From an uncultured Methylotenera sp. (GTDB taxonomy: Bacteria > Pseudomonadota > Gammaproteobacteria > Burkholderiales > Methylophilaceae), in NCBI GenBank assembly GCA_902168195.1, contig CABHOJ010000062.1, positions 1 through 63,541 on the forward strand: a DNA stretch of 63,541 nt, given 5' to 3'. The position numbers were made by a program, and so were the translations under genes. The notes beneath the pieces are model-generated. The model saw nothing but the letters and a program-made list of their open reading frames with translations. It was not told the DNA's origin and made no database searches. Shown here one piece after another: positions 12,437 through 24,250 of the stretch (positions within the stretch are counted from its first letter, which is position 1; every line of letters begins with the position of its first letter).

Positions 12437-13981
12437 CTAGACGACAGCGCGATGCATGAAATCTTTGATACGGATGCCCATGAGCCAGAGTGCGGCGAAA
12501 TACACCGCCGCCCCCAACCCGATCAGCGCGGCAAGGTGCGTCAGCTTGGAGACCAAGTTGTAGTCGAGCCAGGTCGATTCCGCCCCAGCGGCAAAATACA
12601 CCGACAAGGCCATGGCAGTGACGGCGAACAGTAATTTCATCATGAACTTGAACCAGCCGGGTTGCGGCTGATAAGCACCGCTCTTGCGCAGGTAAACATA
12701 CAACAAGCCAGCATTGATGCAGGCGCCAAGACCGATGGCCAGCGCCAGGCCGGCATGCTTGAGGTCGAGACCGAACACGAACACGATATTCATGACCTGC
12801 GTCGCGAACAAGGTGAAGATCGCGATCTTCACAGGCGTCTTCACGTTCTGCCGGGAATAGAAGCCAGGTGCCAGTACTTTGACCATGATGATGCCGATGA
12901 GGCCGACGCTGTATGCGACCAGCGCCTGACGGGTCATGAAGACATCATGGTCGGTGAACGCGCCGTAATGGAAGAGGCTGGTCACCAGCGGAATGGACAA
13001 GACGGCAAGCGCCACGGCCGCCGGCAAGGCCAGCATGAAAGTCAGGCGCAGGCCCCAGTCCAACAGTTTGGAATATTCCGTATCCGACTTGTCAGCGAAG
13101 GATTTCGACAAGCTGGGCAATAGGATGGTCCCTAGTGCGACCCCCATCACCCCGGTCGGGAACTCCATGAGACGGTCGGCGTAATAGAGCCATGACACGC
13201 TGCCCGTCACCAGGAACGAAGCGAAGATGGTGTTGATGAGCAGGGATATCTGCGCGATGGAGACGCCGAACACGGCAGGCCCCATGAGCTTGAGGATGCG
13301 GCGTACGCCTTCATCCTTGGTATTGAACCGAATGCGCGGGAACAGACCGAGTTTGGCCAGAAACGGCAACTGGAAGAGCAACTGCAGGATGCCGCCGACG
13401 AATACCGCCCAGGCCAGCACCATGATGGGCGGATCGAAATACGGCGCGAAGAACAGCGCGGCGACGATGAACGCGATATTGAGCCACACCGGCCCGAAGG
13501 CGGGCACAGTGAATTTGTTGTAGGTATTGAGCACACCACCCGCCAGCGAAACCAGCGAGATGAAGAAGATGTAAGGGAAGGTGATGCGCAGCAGATCCAC
13601 GGTCAGCGCGAACTTATCCGGGTTGCTGGCGAAACCCGGCGCGCTGATGTAGACGATCCAGGGCGCGGCCAGCATGCCGAGCAGGGTGACCACGACCAAC
13701 ACTAGACCCAGCAACGTCGTCACATGGTCGATCAGCTCACGGGTGGCGTCATGTCCGCGCTTGTTCTTGTATTCGGCCAATACCGGCACGAAGGCCTGGG
13801 AAAAAGCCCCCTCGGCAGAAAGGCGGCGTAGCAGGTTGGGGATCTTGAAGGCGACGAAAAAAGCATCGGTCAGGATGCCCGCGCCGAAAACGCGCGCGAT
13901 CAGTGTGTCACGCACGAAGCCCAGGATTCGGGAAAGGAATGTCATGCTGCCGACGGTCGCCAGCGCTTTCAACAGGTTCAT
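12437..13981 (-). CDS. murJ: Lipid II flippase MurJ (MviN)
   Basis: 514 aa, polytopic. N-terminus [35 protein letters not shown]. Confidence 0.95.
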   Translation of the reverse strand: MNLLKALATVGSMTFLSRILGFVRDTLIARVFGAGILTDAFFVAFKIPNLLRRLSAEGAFSQAFVPVLAEYKNKRGHDATRELIDHVTTLLGLVLVVVTLLGMLAAPWIVYISAPGFASNPDKFALTVDLLRITFPYIFFISLVSLAGGVLNTYNKFTVPAFGPVWLNIAFIVAALFFAPYFDPPIMVLAWAVFVGGILQLLFQLPFLAKLGLFPRIRFNTKDEGVRRILKLMGPAVFGVSIAQISLLINTIFASFLVTGSVSWLYYADRLMEFPTGVMGVALGTILLPSLSKSFADKSDTEYSKLLDWGLRLTFMLALPAAVALAVLSIPLVTSLFHYGAFTDHDVFMTRQALVAYSVGLIGIIMVKVLAPGFYSRQNVKTPVKIAIFTLFATQVMNIVFVFGLDLKHAGLALAIGLGACINAGLLYVYLRKSGAYQPQPGWFKFMMKLLFAVTAMALSVYFAAGAESTWLDYNLVSKLTHLAALIGLGAAVYFAALWLMGIRIKDFMHRAVV

Positions 13982-14067
13982 TAAGCTTTGATTGCTAAGG
14001 TTTAAAATCCAGACGCGATTCTAGCATGGGCTACCGGCTGCGCCCCGATTTCATACGTGCGATTGCC

Positions 14068-14096
14068 TTGCATTCACCGATAAAAAAGGTTAATAT
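14068..14096 (+). promoter_or_regulatory. Sigma-70 promoter for rpsT
   Basis: TTGCAT, 17 nt, TAATAT, lying 39 nt upstream of the rpsT ATG. AGGAA RBS follows. Confidence 0.5.
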
Positions 14097-14134
14097 GCGC
14101 GGCTTCGTATTTTGTTAATCGATTAGGAATTCTC

Positions 14135-14398
14135 ATGGCAAATAGCGCACAAGCAAGAAAACGTGCCCGTCAGGCAGTGAAGCAGCGCGCCCACAACGCA
14201 AGCTTGCGCTCTACTTTGCGCACTGCAATCAAGAAAGTCATCAAGGCTGTTGAAGCTGGTGACAAGGCTGCTGCACAAGCCGCCTACAGCGAGAACGTGA
14301 GCGTCATCGATCGTATCGCCGACAAGCAGATCATCCACAAGAACAAGGCCGCCCGTCATAAGAGCCGCCTGTCCGCTGCCGTGAAGGCAATGGCTTAA
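14135..14398 (+). CDS. rpsT: 30S ribosomal protein S20
   Basis: 87 aa, [26 protein letters not shown]. Confidence 0.97.
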   Translation: MANSAQARKRARQAVKQRAHNASLRSTLRTAIKKVIKAVEAGDKAAAQAAYSENVSVIDRIADKQIIHKNKAARHKSRLSAAVKAMA

Positions 14399-14418
14399 GT
14401 TCTTAAGCGATATTCAAT

Positions 14419-14448
14419 AAAAAAGCCGAACGGATGTTCGGCTTTTTT
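14419..14448. terminator. Bidirectional rho-independent terminator shared by rpsT and purK
   Basis: A6-AGCCGAAC-GGAT-GTTCGGCT-T6. The stem is perfect and 8 bp long, with A and T runs on either side. It sits between convergent genes. Confidence 0.8.
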
Positions 14449-14480
14449 ATTACCCGCAACCAAGCGGGCAAACCTCTAGG

Positions 14481-15626
14481 TCAACCTATCCCCAATTCGG
14501 CACGTGCGACCAGCGCCTGATTGATCACCGCGTCACGGTCTTGACCGAGCACCGTGAAGTGTCCCATCTTGCGCCCCGGGCGAGCTTCATGTTTACCGTA
14601 GAGATGCAGTTTCAGGCCCGGGTGCGCCAGCGCCTTGTCCCAGGCCGGCTCGTCACCATCTTTCCAGACATCGCCCAGGATGTTCACCATGACCGCCTGG
14701 CTGTGCAGCTGGGCGTCACCCAATGGCAATCCGGTCAGGGCGCGCACCTGCTGTTCGAACTGGTTGGTGACGCAGGCATCGATGGTGTAATGGCCTGAAT
14801 TATGCGGTCTGGGAGCCATCTCGTTGACCAGCAACTTGCCTTCGCTGACGAAGAACTCGACGCCCAGCACGCCGATGTAATCCAGCTTTTCCGCGATCTG
14901 CGTCGCCAGGGCTTGCGCCTTGGCCTTGATCACGTCCGAACCGCGTGCCGGGGCGATACTGACATCGAGGATGCCGTTGAGATGGCTGTTCTCTGCCACG
15001 GGGAATGTCGCGATCTTGCCTGATGGGTCGCGCGCCAGCACGACGGAGATCTCATAGTCGAGCGGCAGCATCTGTTCCAGCACGCAGGTCTCATGCTTGA
15101 AGCTCGCAAATGCGGCCTTGGCCTGCGCTTGTGTCGTGACGCGCGCCTGTCCTTTGCCGTCGTAGCCGAAACGCGCGACTTTGAGGATGGCGGGGTAGAT
15201 CGCGCTGTCGTCGGCAGGCAGGTCGCTTTCGCTGTGGATGACGACGAACTGCCCGACCGGCAAGCCTGAGTCGCGGAAGAAGGTCTTTTCCGACACGCGA
15301 TGCTGGGCGATCGCCACGGCAGAGGCACTGGGACGCACGATGCGGCTTTGTGCCAGCCATTCCAGGGTCGCGGCAGGTACGTTCTCGAATTCGGTGGTGA
15401 TAGCTTCACAGGTCTTGGCCATTTCCGCTAAAGCCGCCTGATCGTCGTAGGCTGCGCAAAGATGTACGTCGGCGATCCTGCCTGCCGGACTCTGCTTGTC
15501 CGGATCCAGCACGGTAACCTTGTAACCCAGCTCATGCGCCGCAATGACGAAAAAGCGGCCCAGTTGGCCGCCGCCCAGCATTCCCAGCATGGCTGGAGGA
15601 AGAATAGTGTTCTTGTGCTTGCTCAA
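14481..15626 (-). CDS. purK: N5-carboxyaminoimidazole ribonucleotide synthase
   Basis: 381 aa, ATP-grasp fold, GGGQLGRFF. Confidence 0.93.
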   Translation of the reverse strand: MSKHKNTILPPAMLGMLGGGQLGRFFVIAAHELGYKVTVLDPDKQSPAGRIADVHLCAAYDDQAALAEMAKTCEAITTEFENVPAATLEWLAQSRIVRPSASAVAIAQHRVSEKTFFRDSGLPVGQFVVIHSESDLPADDSAIYPAILKVARFGYDGKGQARVTTQAQAKAAFASFKHETCVLEQMLPLDYEISVVLARDPSGKIATFPVAENSHLNGILDVSIAPARGSDVIKAKAQALATQIAEKLDYIGVLGVEFFVSEGKLLVNEMAPRPHNSGHYTIDACVTNQFEQQVRALTGLPLGDAQLHSQAVMVNILGDVWKDGDEPAWDKALAHPGLKLHLYGKHEARPGRKMGHFTVLGQDRDAVINQALVARAELGIG

Positions 15627-15663
15627 GATGACTCCGCTATTTGAATTACCGCCGACCGAGCGC

Positions 15664-16164
15664 TCAAGGCTTGTCGGTCAATTCCATGGATAAGACCTTA
15701 TCGGTTTGCTTTGCCCGGAACTGGGCCAGTTTTTCCGCCAGCACACTGTCATGATGCGCCAGCACAGAAACCGCGAACAAGCCGGCATTGGCGGCACCGG
15801 CCTCGCCGATGGCGAAGGTCGCGACCGGGATACCCTTGGGCATCTGTACGATGGACAACAGGGAGTCCTGGCCTTGCAGGTGCTTGGAAGGTACGGGCAC
15901 GCCCAGTACCGGCAGGATCGTCTTCGCCGCGACCATCCCCGGCAAGTGTGCGGCACCGCCGGCGCCGGCGATGATGACCTTGAAGCCCTTGGCTGCGGCA
16001 CCTTCGGCGAACTTGAACATGAGATCGGGGGTGCGGTGCGCAGAGACCACTTGTGCCTGATAACTCACATCGAAATCGGCCAGCATCTGGGCAGCCGCTT
16101 TCATCACCGGCCAATCGCTATCTGACCCCATGATGATGGCCACTAGTGCTTGTTCTTGACTCAT
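15664..16164 (-). CDS. purE: N5-carboxyaminoimidazole ribonucleotide mutase
   Basis: 166 aa with [11 protein letters not shown] and SAHRTP. Confidence 0.95.
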   Translation of the reverse strand: MSQEQALVAIIMGSDSDWPVMKAAAQMLADFDVSYQAQVVSAHRTPDLMFKFAEGAAAKGFKVIIAGAGGAAHLPGMVAAKTILPVLGVPVPSKHLQGQDSLLSIVQMPKGIPVATFAIGEAGAANAGLFAVSVLAHHDSVLAEKLAQFRAKQTDKVLSMELTDKP

Positions 16165-16243
16165 ATATCTACCCCTTTAAAGCGCACTCAGGTTGCGAGT
16201 TCGGCATCATGCGCGCATGCGCCCACACCGCAACGGATGTTCG

Positions 16244-18428
<2,185 letters not shown>

Positions 18429-18434
18429 TTAAAC

Positions 18435-18461
18435 AAAAAAGCCCTATCGGACTGATAGGGC
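18435..18461 (-). terminator. Hairpin + T6 between rpmA and obg (intra-operon terminator/attenuator)
   Basis: On the minus strand: GCCCTATC-AGTCC-GATAGGGC followed by TTTTTT. Confidence 0.6.
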
Positions 18462-18482
18462 TTTTCGTTCTGAGCGTCTGGC

Positions 18483-18740
18483 TTAGACTGGGACAATATT
18501 CACCAGCTTGCGGCGCAGCGCGCCCTTGACGCAGAAGGTCACCTTACCGTCGACCTTGGCGTACAGGGTGTGATCCTTGCCCATACCGACGTTGTCACCA
18601 GCATGCATGCGGGTGCCACGTTGACGGACAATGATGCTGCCGGCGGAAACCACTTGCTCGCCGAAAGCCTTAACACCCAGTCGCTGGGCCTGTGAGTCGC
18701 GACCGTTGCGGGAACTACCGCCTGCTTTTTTGTGTGCCAT
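18483..18740 (-). CDS. rpmA: 50S ribosomal protein L27
   Basis: 85 aa, [16 protein letters not shown]. Confidence 0.97.
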   Translation of the reverse strand: MAHKKAGGSSRNGRDSQAQRLGVKAFGEQVVSAGSIIVRQRGTRMHAGDNVGMGKDHTLYAKVDGKVTFCVKGALRRKLVNIVPV

Positions 18741-18750
18741 GTTCTATTCC

Positions 18751-19125
18751 TTACTCTGCAGCTGCTTCTGCTTTAGCCTTGGTTGCCTTAGCGGCCTTGG
18801 CTGGTTTGCTACCACCGGTTGCGATGTTACCGATCTCGATCTCGGTGAAGCTCTGACGATGACCTTGGGTCTTGCGATAATGCTTGCGGCGACGCATCTT
18901 GAAGATCATGACCTTGTCGCCCTTGCCGTGCGCGACGACCTTGGCTTGCACAGTGGCGCCAGCCACCAAGGGTGCGCCGATGGTGACGTTATCGCCATCC
19001 GCGACCAACAATACCTTGTCGAGGGTGATGTCGGAACCGACGTCGCCCGCCAACTTCTCTACCTTGAGCTTATCGCCAGCGGCTACACGGTACTGCTTAC
19101 CGCCGGTTTTGATGACTGCATACAT
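18751..19125 (-). CDS. rplU: 50S ribosomal protein L21 with Lys/Ala-rich C-terminal tail
   Basis: [14 protein letters not shown]. It is 124 aa, whereas L21 is usually ~103 aa. The tail is [23 protein letters not shown]. Confidence 0.95.
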   Translation of the reverse strand: MYAVIKTGGKQYRVAAGDKLKVEKLAGDVGSDITLDKVLLVADGDNVTIGAPLVAGATVQAKVVAHGKGDKVMIFKMRRRKHYRKTQGHRQSFTEIEIGNIATGGSKPAKAAKATKAKAEAAAE

Positions 19126-19164
19126 GATTAAGCCTCGTTCGCTACGCTTTCAAATGAATCGCGC

Positions 19165-19192
19165 ATTATACGTAAAATCACCGGATTAGCAA
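19165..19192 (-). promoter_or_regulatory. Sigma-70 promoter for rplU-rpmA(-obg-proB)
   Basis: On the minus strand: TTGCTA, 16 nt, TATAAT (perfect -10), ~40 nt upstream of the rplU ATG. Confidence 0.6.
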
Positions 19193-19252
19193 ACTCAAAT
19201 ATCGCTTTTATTCAAGCGTGGGCGATTTGCCGGAATCGTCGCGCCTGGCGGG

Positions 19253-19280
19253 TTAGACTCCTATGTGCCTATGTTAGAAT
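19253..19280 (+). promoter_or_regulatory. Sigma-70 promoter for ispB
   Basis: TTAGAC, 16 nt, TAGAAT, lying 28 nt upstream of the GTG start. Confidence 0.45.
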
Positions 19281-19308
19281 CCGCGCATCCATTATCGATG
19301 AATCCCAA

Positions 19309-20277
19309 GTGTCCCTAGACTTCATTCAATCCCGCATCGTCGACGACATGCGCGCCGTCGACGCCGTCATCCGGCGCTCCCTGCATTCCGAAGTGGCGCT
19401 GATCAACCAGGTCGCGGATTATATCGTGAATAGTGGCGGCAAGCGCCTACGCCCGGCATTGGTCCTGCTCTCTGCGGGCGTATTCGGGAAGATCGTCCCT
19501 GCCCATCATCAACTCGCGGCCATCGTCGAGTTCATCCACACCGCGACGCTACTGCATGACGACGTGGTCGACGAGTCCAGCATGCGCCGCGGCCGCGAGA
19601 CCGCCAACACGCTGTTCGGCAATGCGGCCAGCGTATTGGTCGGCGATTTCATCTACTCGCGCGCCTTCCAGATGATGGTGGATATCCAGAACATGCGCGT
19701 CATGGAGGTCCTGGCGGAAGCCACCAACATCATCGCCGAAGGCGAGGTGTTGCAGCTGCTGAACATCCACGATGCCGACGTCACCGACGAGGCTTATCTC
19801 AGGGTCATCAACTACAAGACGGCGAAACTCTTTGAAGCGGCGACCCGCCTTGGCGCCATCATCTGCGATGCCGGCGAACAGGACGAGCGCGCGATGGCCG
19901 AATACGGCATGCGGCTAGGCACCGCTTTCCAGCTGATTGACGATGTGCTCGACTTGAGCGGCGAGAGCGGCGCCATCGGCAAGAACCTGGGGGACGACCT
20001 GGCTGAAGGTAAACCGACGTTGCCTTTGCTGTATGCGATGCGCAATGGCAACCAGGTCCAGCGCGACACCATCCGCCGAGCGATCGAGCAAGGCGGCTTG
20101 GAAGAGTTGCCGACCGTCATCCAGGCGGTCAAGGACACGGGGGCGCTGGCACATGTGCGCAAGCTGGCGCGACAGGAAGCCGACCTGGGCTGCGCGGCGA
20201 TCGCGCACATGCCGGCTTCCGATTATCACACCGCGCTCATCAACCTCGCCAACTTCGCGGTCGACCGCACCTTCTAA
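19309..20277 (+). CDS. ispB: Octaprenyl-diphosphate synthase
   Basis: 322 aa, GTG start. Two Asp-rich motifs: LLHDDVVDES and FQLIDDVLD. Confidence 0.93.
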   Translation: MSLDFIQSRIVDDMRAVDAVIRRSLHSEVALINQVADYIVNSGGKRLRPALVLLSAGVFGKIVPAHHQLAAIVEFIHTATLLHDDVVDESSMRRGRETANTLFGNAASVLVGDFIYSRAFQMMVDIQNMRVMEVLAEATNIIAEGEVLQLLNIHDADVTDEAYLRVINYKTAKLFEAATRLGAIICDAGEQDERAMAEYGMRLGTAFQLIDDVLDLSGESGAIGKNLGDDLAEGKPTLPLLYAMRNGNQVQRDTIRRAIEQGGLEELPTVIQAVKDTGALAHVRKLARQEADLGCAAIAHMPASDYHTALINLANFAVDRTF

Positions 20278-20352
20278 AGCCTAGCGCTAACGCTCTGCTC
20301 TGTTATCGCTTGGAAAATGAAGATCGCTTCGAGAGATGCGATCCGAGACGAT

Positions 20353-20679
20353 TCAGTTCAGCGTCACCGGTTCGCCCGTTTCGGCATTGTAATAACTCAG
20401 ATGCGCGCAACGGCTGGTGCCGGTGGTCAAGGTACCGTCGAACACCGCCTGGCCGTCGACATCGACGACCGCATACCCCGTGTGATACAGCGTGACTTCC
20501 GCATGCTGACGACCCTGACGCATGGCAAAGCTCATGTAGCTGTCATCCTCGTCCTCGGAGAATAGCTCCCAGTTGGCCTTGCCAGTCAGTTGCTCCAACC
20601 ATGCGCCTAGATCCACCTCTACGCGGCAAACGACTGGGGTTTCCCATGCATCTTGCGCTTGCGTGCTGACGTCGGTCAT
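20353..20679 (-). CDS. Hypothetical acidic protein (108 aa)
   Basis: I trimmed the ORF to MTDVSTQAQDAW, whose ATG has AAGGA 6 nt upstream. I recognise no family. Confidence 0.5.
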   Translation of the reverse strand: MTDVSTQAQDAWETPVVCRVEVDLGAWLEQLTGKANWELFSEDEDDSYMSFAMRQGRQHAEVTLYHTGYAVVDVDGQAVFDGTLTTGTSRCAHLSYYNAETGEPVTLN

Positions 20680-20823
20680 TTGCGATCCTTTATCAAGTGA
20701 TTGTCGATTGCTGTTTATCTTGTGACACATCGTCGAATTTCAAGGCCCGCGACACCGGCCTTGAAGGTTGCCTTGCGTGTATAACGGTGGGATGATGCAG
20801 CAAGTTTACTGGACGGCACCTTA

Positions 20824-21684
20824 ATGACTGATTTCTTCATCATGCTGAGCGAGCATGCGCCTTTGTTCATCACCGTTTCTGTCTTGCTGGGTCTCATGGT
20901 CGGTAGTTTCCTCAACGTCGTCATCCATCGCATGCCATTGATGATGGAACGCGAATGGCACATGAACTGTCAGGAATTGAGAGGCGAGGAGGTCGCGCCG
21001 TTGCCCCGATACAACCTGGTGGTACCACGTTCGGCCTGTCCCGGCTGCGGTCAGGCGATCAGTGCGTGGCAGAACATCCCGTTGCTGAGTTATGCGTTGC
21101 TGGGCGGCAAGTGCGCCGGCTGCAAGAAACCGATCAGCCTGCGCTATCCCTTCATCGAGGGGCTCACAGGATTGTTGGCCGGGTTGATCAGCTGGAAATT
21201 CGGCTATTCGTCGATGGCAGTTGCGGCTTGGGTGTTCATGTTCGCCCTCATCGCACTCACGTTCATCGATTTCGATACGCAGCTACTGCCTGACGACATC
21301 ACCCTGCCGCTGTTATGGCTGGGACTGCTATATAACCTCAACGGCGGGTTCACCGACATCCAGTCGGCCGTCATCGGGGCGGTCGCAGGCTATCTCGTGC
21401 TGTGGTCGGTCTACTGGCTGTTCAAGCTGGTCACCGGCAAGGAAGGGATGGGCTACGGCGACTTCAAGCTACTGGCGGCGATCGGAGCGTGGTTCGGCTG
21501 GCAATTGTTGCCCGCTGTGATCCTGCTGTCCTCGCTGGCCGGCTCGCTGATCGGGATCGGACTGATCGTATTGGCCAAGCGCGGACGGGACATCCCCATG
21601 CCGTTTGGACCTTATCTTGCTTTAGGTGGTATCGCGGCCCTGTTCTTCGGACCGCAGTTGTCGCAATTCTATTTGGGAGGTTGA
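20824..21684 (+). CDS. pilD: Prepilin peptidase / N-methyltransferase
   Basis: 286 aa with the Cys cluster CPGCGQAI...CAGCKKPISLRYP and catalytic region GMGYGDFKLLAAIGAW. Confidence 0.93.
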   Translation: MTDFFIMLSEHAPLFITVSVLLGLMVGSFLNVVIHRMPLMMEREWHMNCQELRGEEVAPLPRYNLVVPRSACPGCGQAISAWQNIPLLSYALLGGKCAGCKKPISLRYPFIEGLTGLLAGLISWKFGYSSMAVAAWVFMFALIALTFIDFDTQLLPDDITLPLLWLGLLYNLNGGFTDIQSAVIGAVAGYLVLWSVYWLFKLVTGKEGMGYGDFKLLAAIGAWFGWQLLPAVILLSSLAGSLIGIGLIVLAKRGRDIPMPFGPYLALGGIAALFFGPQLSQFYLGG

Positions 21685-21689
21685 ACATC

Positions 21690-22298
21690 ATGTATGTCGT
21701 TGCACTGACTGGCGGAATCGGCGCGGGCAAGAGTGAAGCCGCGAAGATATTCGCGTCGCTGGGGGTGCCTATTGTTGATGTCGACGTCATCTCTCGCAGG
21801 CTGACCGGCCCCGGCCAGCCCATCATGGAGAAGATCGCTGATGCATTCGGACGGGATTTCCTGACGGAAGACGGTGCATTGAACCGCCCGGCGATGCGCG
21901 AGCGTATCTTCGCCAATGATGACGACCGCAAGAAACTGGAAGCCATCCTGCATCCCGTGATCCACAGCCATGCGTTGCGCGAACTCGACCAGAATCGTGA
22001 AGCGCCCTACCAGATCCTGGCCATCCCCCTATTCTTTGAGACTAATCGCTATTCCGGTCTGGTCAAGCGGATCCTGCTGGTGGATTGCGACGAATCGTTG
22101 CAGATCAGTCGCACCATGAACCGTAACGGCATGACGGAACATACCGTGCGCGCCATCATCGCCGCACAAGCTTCCCGCAGCTATCGTCGCGCATTGGCGA
22201 ACGACATTATCGAGAACAACGGTTCAATCGATGCATTGGCCGAAAAAGTCAAAGAACTCCATGAAAAATACATGCAAGCTTGCTTACTTAGCGATTAA
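21690..22298 (+). CDS. coaE: Dephospho-CoA kinase
   Basis: I trimmed the start to MYVVALTGGIGAGKSE (P-loop). GGAGG lies 6 nt upstream, inside the end of pilD. Confidence 0.93.
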   Translation: MYVVALTGGIGAGKSEAAKIFASLGVPIVDVDVISRRLTGPGQPIMEKIADAFGRDFLTEDGALNRPAMRERIFANDDDRKKLEAILHPVIHSHALRELDQNREAPYQILAIPLFFETNRYSGLVKRILLVDCDESLQISRTMNRNGMTEHTVRAIIAAQASRSYRRALANDIIENNGSIDALAEKVKELHEKYMQACLLSD

Positions 22299-22372
22299 AT
22301 TTCATAATTCACCGCAACCTTTCCAGAGCAAGATTTTCAGAGCTAACTTCGATTAGCCGGTAAAAAAACCTC

Positions 22373-23131
22373 GTGCCCAGCTACGACTATCCCTTCAATG
22401 AACGTATCCGCACGCTACTGCGGCTGGAGGATCTGTTCGTCAAGGTTCTGCACAATCTCGACCAATCGCACGAATTCAATCACCACTGCGCCCTGATCTC
22501 GCTGTTCCAGATGCTGGATGTCATCGATCGCGCCGAATTGAAGACCGACCTCTTGCAGGAACTGGATCGCCAGAAGATCGTGATGAACGGGCTGCGCGGC
22601 AACCCCGCCATCGCCGAGCAAGTCCTGAACGACGTCATCAGCCAGATCGAGACCACCGCACTGGCCTTGCGCAGCAATACCGTAAAGCTGGGCCAGACCC
22701 TGCGCGACAACGAATGGCTCATGAGCATCAAGCAACGCGCCGGCATTCCCGGCGGCGTTTGCGAGTTCGATGTCCCTTCCTATCACTACTGGCTGGGCCT
22801 CGATGAGACACGCCGTCGCAGCGACCTGGAGAAATGGCTGGAACCATTGATGCCGGTGCACGAGGCCTTGCGCATCATCCTGCATATCCTGCGCGGCAGC
22901 GGTGCCACTTCCAAGATGGTCGCGCTGCATGGCAGCTACCAACAGATGCTGGGCGGCGCCAAACCGGCCCAGATGATGCGCATCGAACTCGATGAGGATG
23001 TCGCCTGCTTCCCAGAGGTCAGTGCCAACAAATACGCCATCAATATCCGTTTCAATAGTCTGGACGCTGCACAAAAACCACGGCAGTGCGACATGGACAT
23101 CCACTTCAAACTGACACTGTGCAACCTGTAA
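22373..23131 (+). CDS. zapD: Cell division protein ZapD
   Basis: 252 aa, [19 protein letters not shown]. Conserved coaE-zapD-yacG order. Confidence 0.85.
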   Translation: MPSYDYPFNERIRTLLRLEDLFVKVLHNLDQSHEFNHHCALISLFQMLDVIDRAELKTDLLQELDRQKIVMNGLRGNPAIAEQVLNDVISQIETTALALRSNTVKLGQTLRDNEWLMSIKQRAGIPGGVCEFDVPSYHYWLGLDETRRRSDLEKWLEPLMPVHEALRIILHILRGSGATSKMVALHGSYQQMLGGAKPAQMMRIELDEDVACFPEVSANKYAINIRFNSLDAAQKPRQCDMDIHFKLTLCNL

Positions 23132-23316
23132 CGCCCCCCAAGAAAAAGCCGCTAGTCACCTGTCCGCAATGCGGCAACGTCTCCGAGTACTCCACCGACA
23201 ATCCTTTCAGGCCGTTCTGCAGCGAGCGTTGCAAGATGATCGATCTTGGGCAATGGGCGAGCGAGAACTATCGCATCCCGGCACCGCTCAAACCCGAAGA
23301 CTTTCCGGAAGACTGA
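23119..23316 (+). CDS. yacG: DNA gyrase inhibitor YacG (zinc finger)
   Basis: [32 protein letters not shown]. The start is uncertain: GTG at 23119 or GTG at 23086. Both overlap the end of zapD. Confidence 0.8.
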   Translation: MQPVTPPKKKPLVTCPQCGNVSEYSTDNPFRPFCSERCKMIDLGQWASENYRIPAPLKPEDFPED

Positions 23317-23330
23317 GATTGAGGATTGCC

Positions 23331-23771
23331 ATGATGCGCTTTGCCATTGTTTCGACCAGTTTGCTCGCTTTCATCAGCCTCACCGCCGTGGCCGCGGAAG
23401 AGGTAGAGATCACGCACGCATGGACCCGTGCGACCGCTCCGGGTCAGCAAGTCGGCGCTGCCTACATGACGCTGCAAAGTAAAACGGATATGGCGCTTGA
23501 ACGGGTGGAGAGTGCGGTAGCCGGGAGTGTCGAGATCCATAGCATGACCATGAAGGACGGGGTGATGCAGATGCGCATGCTGGAAACCCTGCCATTGAAA
23601 GCCAACCAGCCGGAAAAGCTGGCACCTGGCGGGTTTCACCTGATGTTGTTCGACCTGAAGAAACCGCTGAAAGTCGGAGAGTCGGTGGACTACACCTTGC
23701 ATTTCAAGGACAGCGCCGGCAAGACCAGCACCCAGCACCTGATCTCGCCGATCAAACGTACTGCCGACTAA
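23331..23771 (+). CDS. Periplasmic copper chaperone PCu(A)C (DUF461)
   Basis: I trimmed the start to MMRFAIVSTSLLAFISLTAVA (signal peptide). Motifs: HAWTRAT, EIHSMTMKDGVMQMR and GGFHLMLFDL. Confidence 0.85.
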   Translation: MMRFAIVSTSLLAFISLTAVAAEEVEITHAWTRATAPGQQVGAAYMTLQSKTDMALERVESAVAGSVEIHSMTMKDGVMQMRMLETLPLKANQPEKLAPGGFHLMLFDLKKPLKVGESVDYTLHFKDSAGKTSTQHLISPIKRTAD

Positions 23772-23812
23772 TCCCGCCATGTTGGGGGGTATAGCCACTC
23801 CGCCCTCTCACA

Positions 23813-24250
23813 TCACTCTGTTCTAAAACTGATCGCGACCTGCCGGCGCGCCTGCCCTTGCCGCACATCCAGCAGCATCAGCCAGTCCTTGCGATCCCGC
23901 ACGCAGACCGGCAAGGTCACTTCCGCATCCCAATCGCTTGCGCCGCGCTGCTGCAATCTATAACGATTGAATCCCATCTCCATGCCAGCCATCTGGAAAC
24001 TGGCTTCCATGCCGTCCACCGTTTCCGTATCCATCGCATCCGCATGCACCGTCAGTTTGAACGGACGCATGACTTGCGGCACGCGGTCCATGCGCACCAT
24101 CAATCCGGCACCCGAACATCCGCGGACAATGTCGGGGCAACCCATGGCCTGTAAGACGGTAGGGGATGCCGCTTGGCGGAGATAAGTCAACGCACCGATG
24201 ACCGAGAGGATCACCGCGAGGGCCAATCCGACTGCGTATCGTTTATTCAT
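23813..24250 (-). CDS. Membrane-anchored periplasmic protein with a Met-rich motif, possibly FixH/YtkA-like
   Basis: I trimmed the start to MNKRYAVGLALAVILSVIGALTYL (TM anchor). The motif is FQMAGMEMGFNRYRL...W...V.LP.C. Its ATG overlaps the stop of the upstream Nudix gene (ATGAATAA, 8-nt overlap). Confidence 0.55.
   Translation of the reverse strand: MNKRYAVGLALAVILSVIGALTYLRQAASPTVLQAMGCPDIVRGCSGAGLMVRMDRVPQVMRPFKLTVHADAMDTETVDGMEASFQMAGMEMGFNRYRLQQRGASDWDAEVTLPVCVRDRKDWLMLLDVRQGQARRQVAISFRTE

Noticed and set aside
21402-21689. 5' extensions of track ORFs for coaE (21402), the ABC ATPase (39837), DciA-like (38780), PCu(A)C (23169), TlpA-like (45639), proB (17443), ileS (11565) and the 145-aa protein (24502).
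   Set aside because: Each extension overlaps the preceding well-supported gene and has non-protein-like composition. Internal starts with an SD and family-typical N-termini exist. Coordinates were trimmed accordingly.
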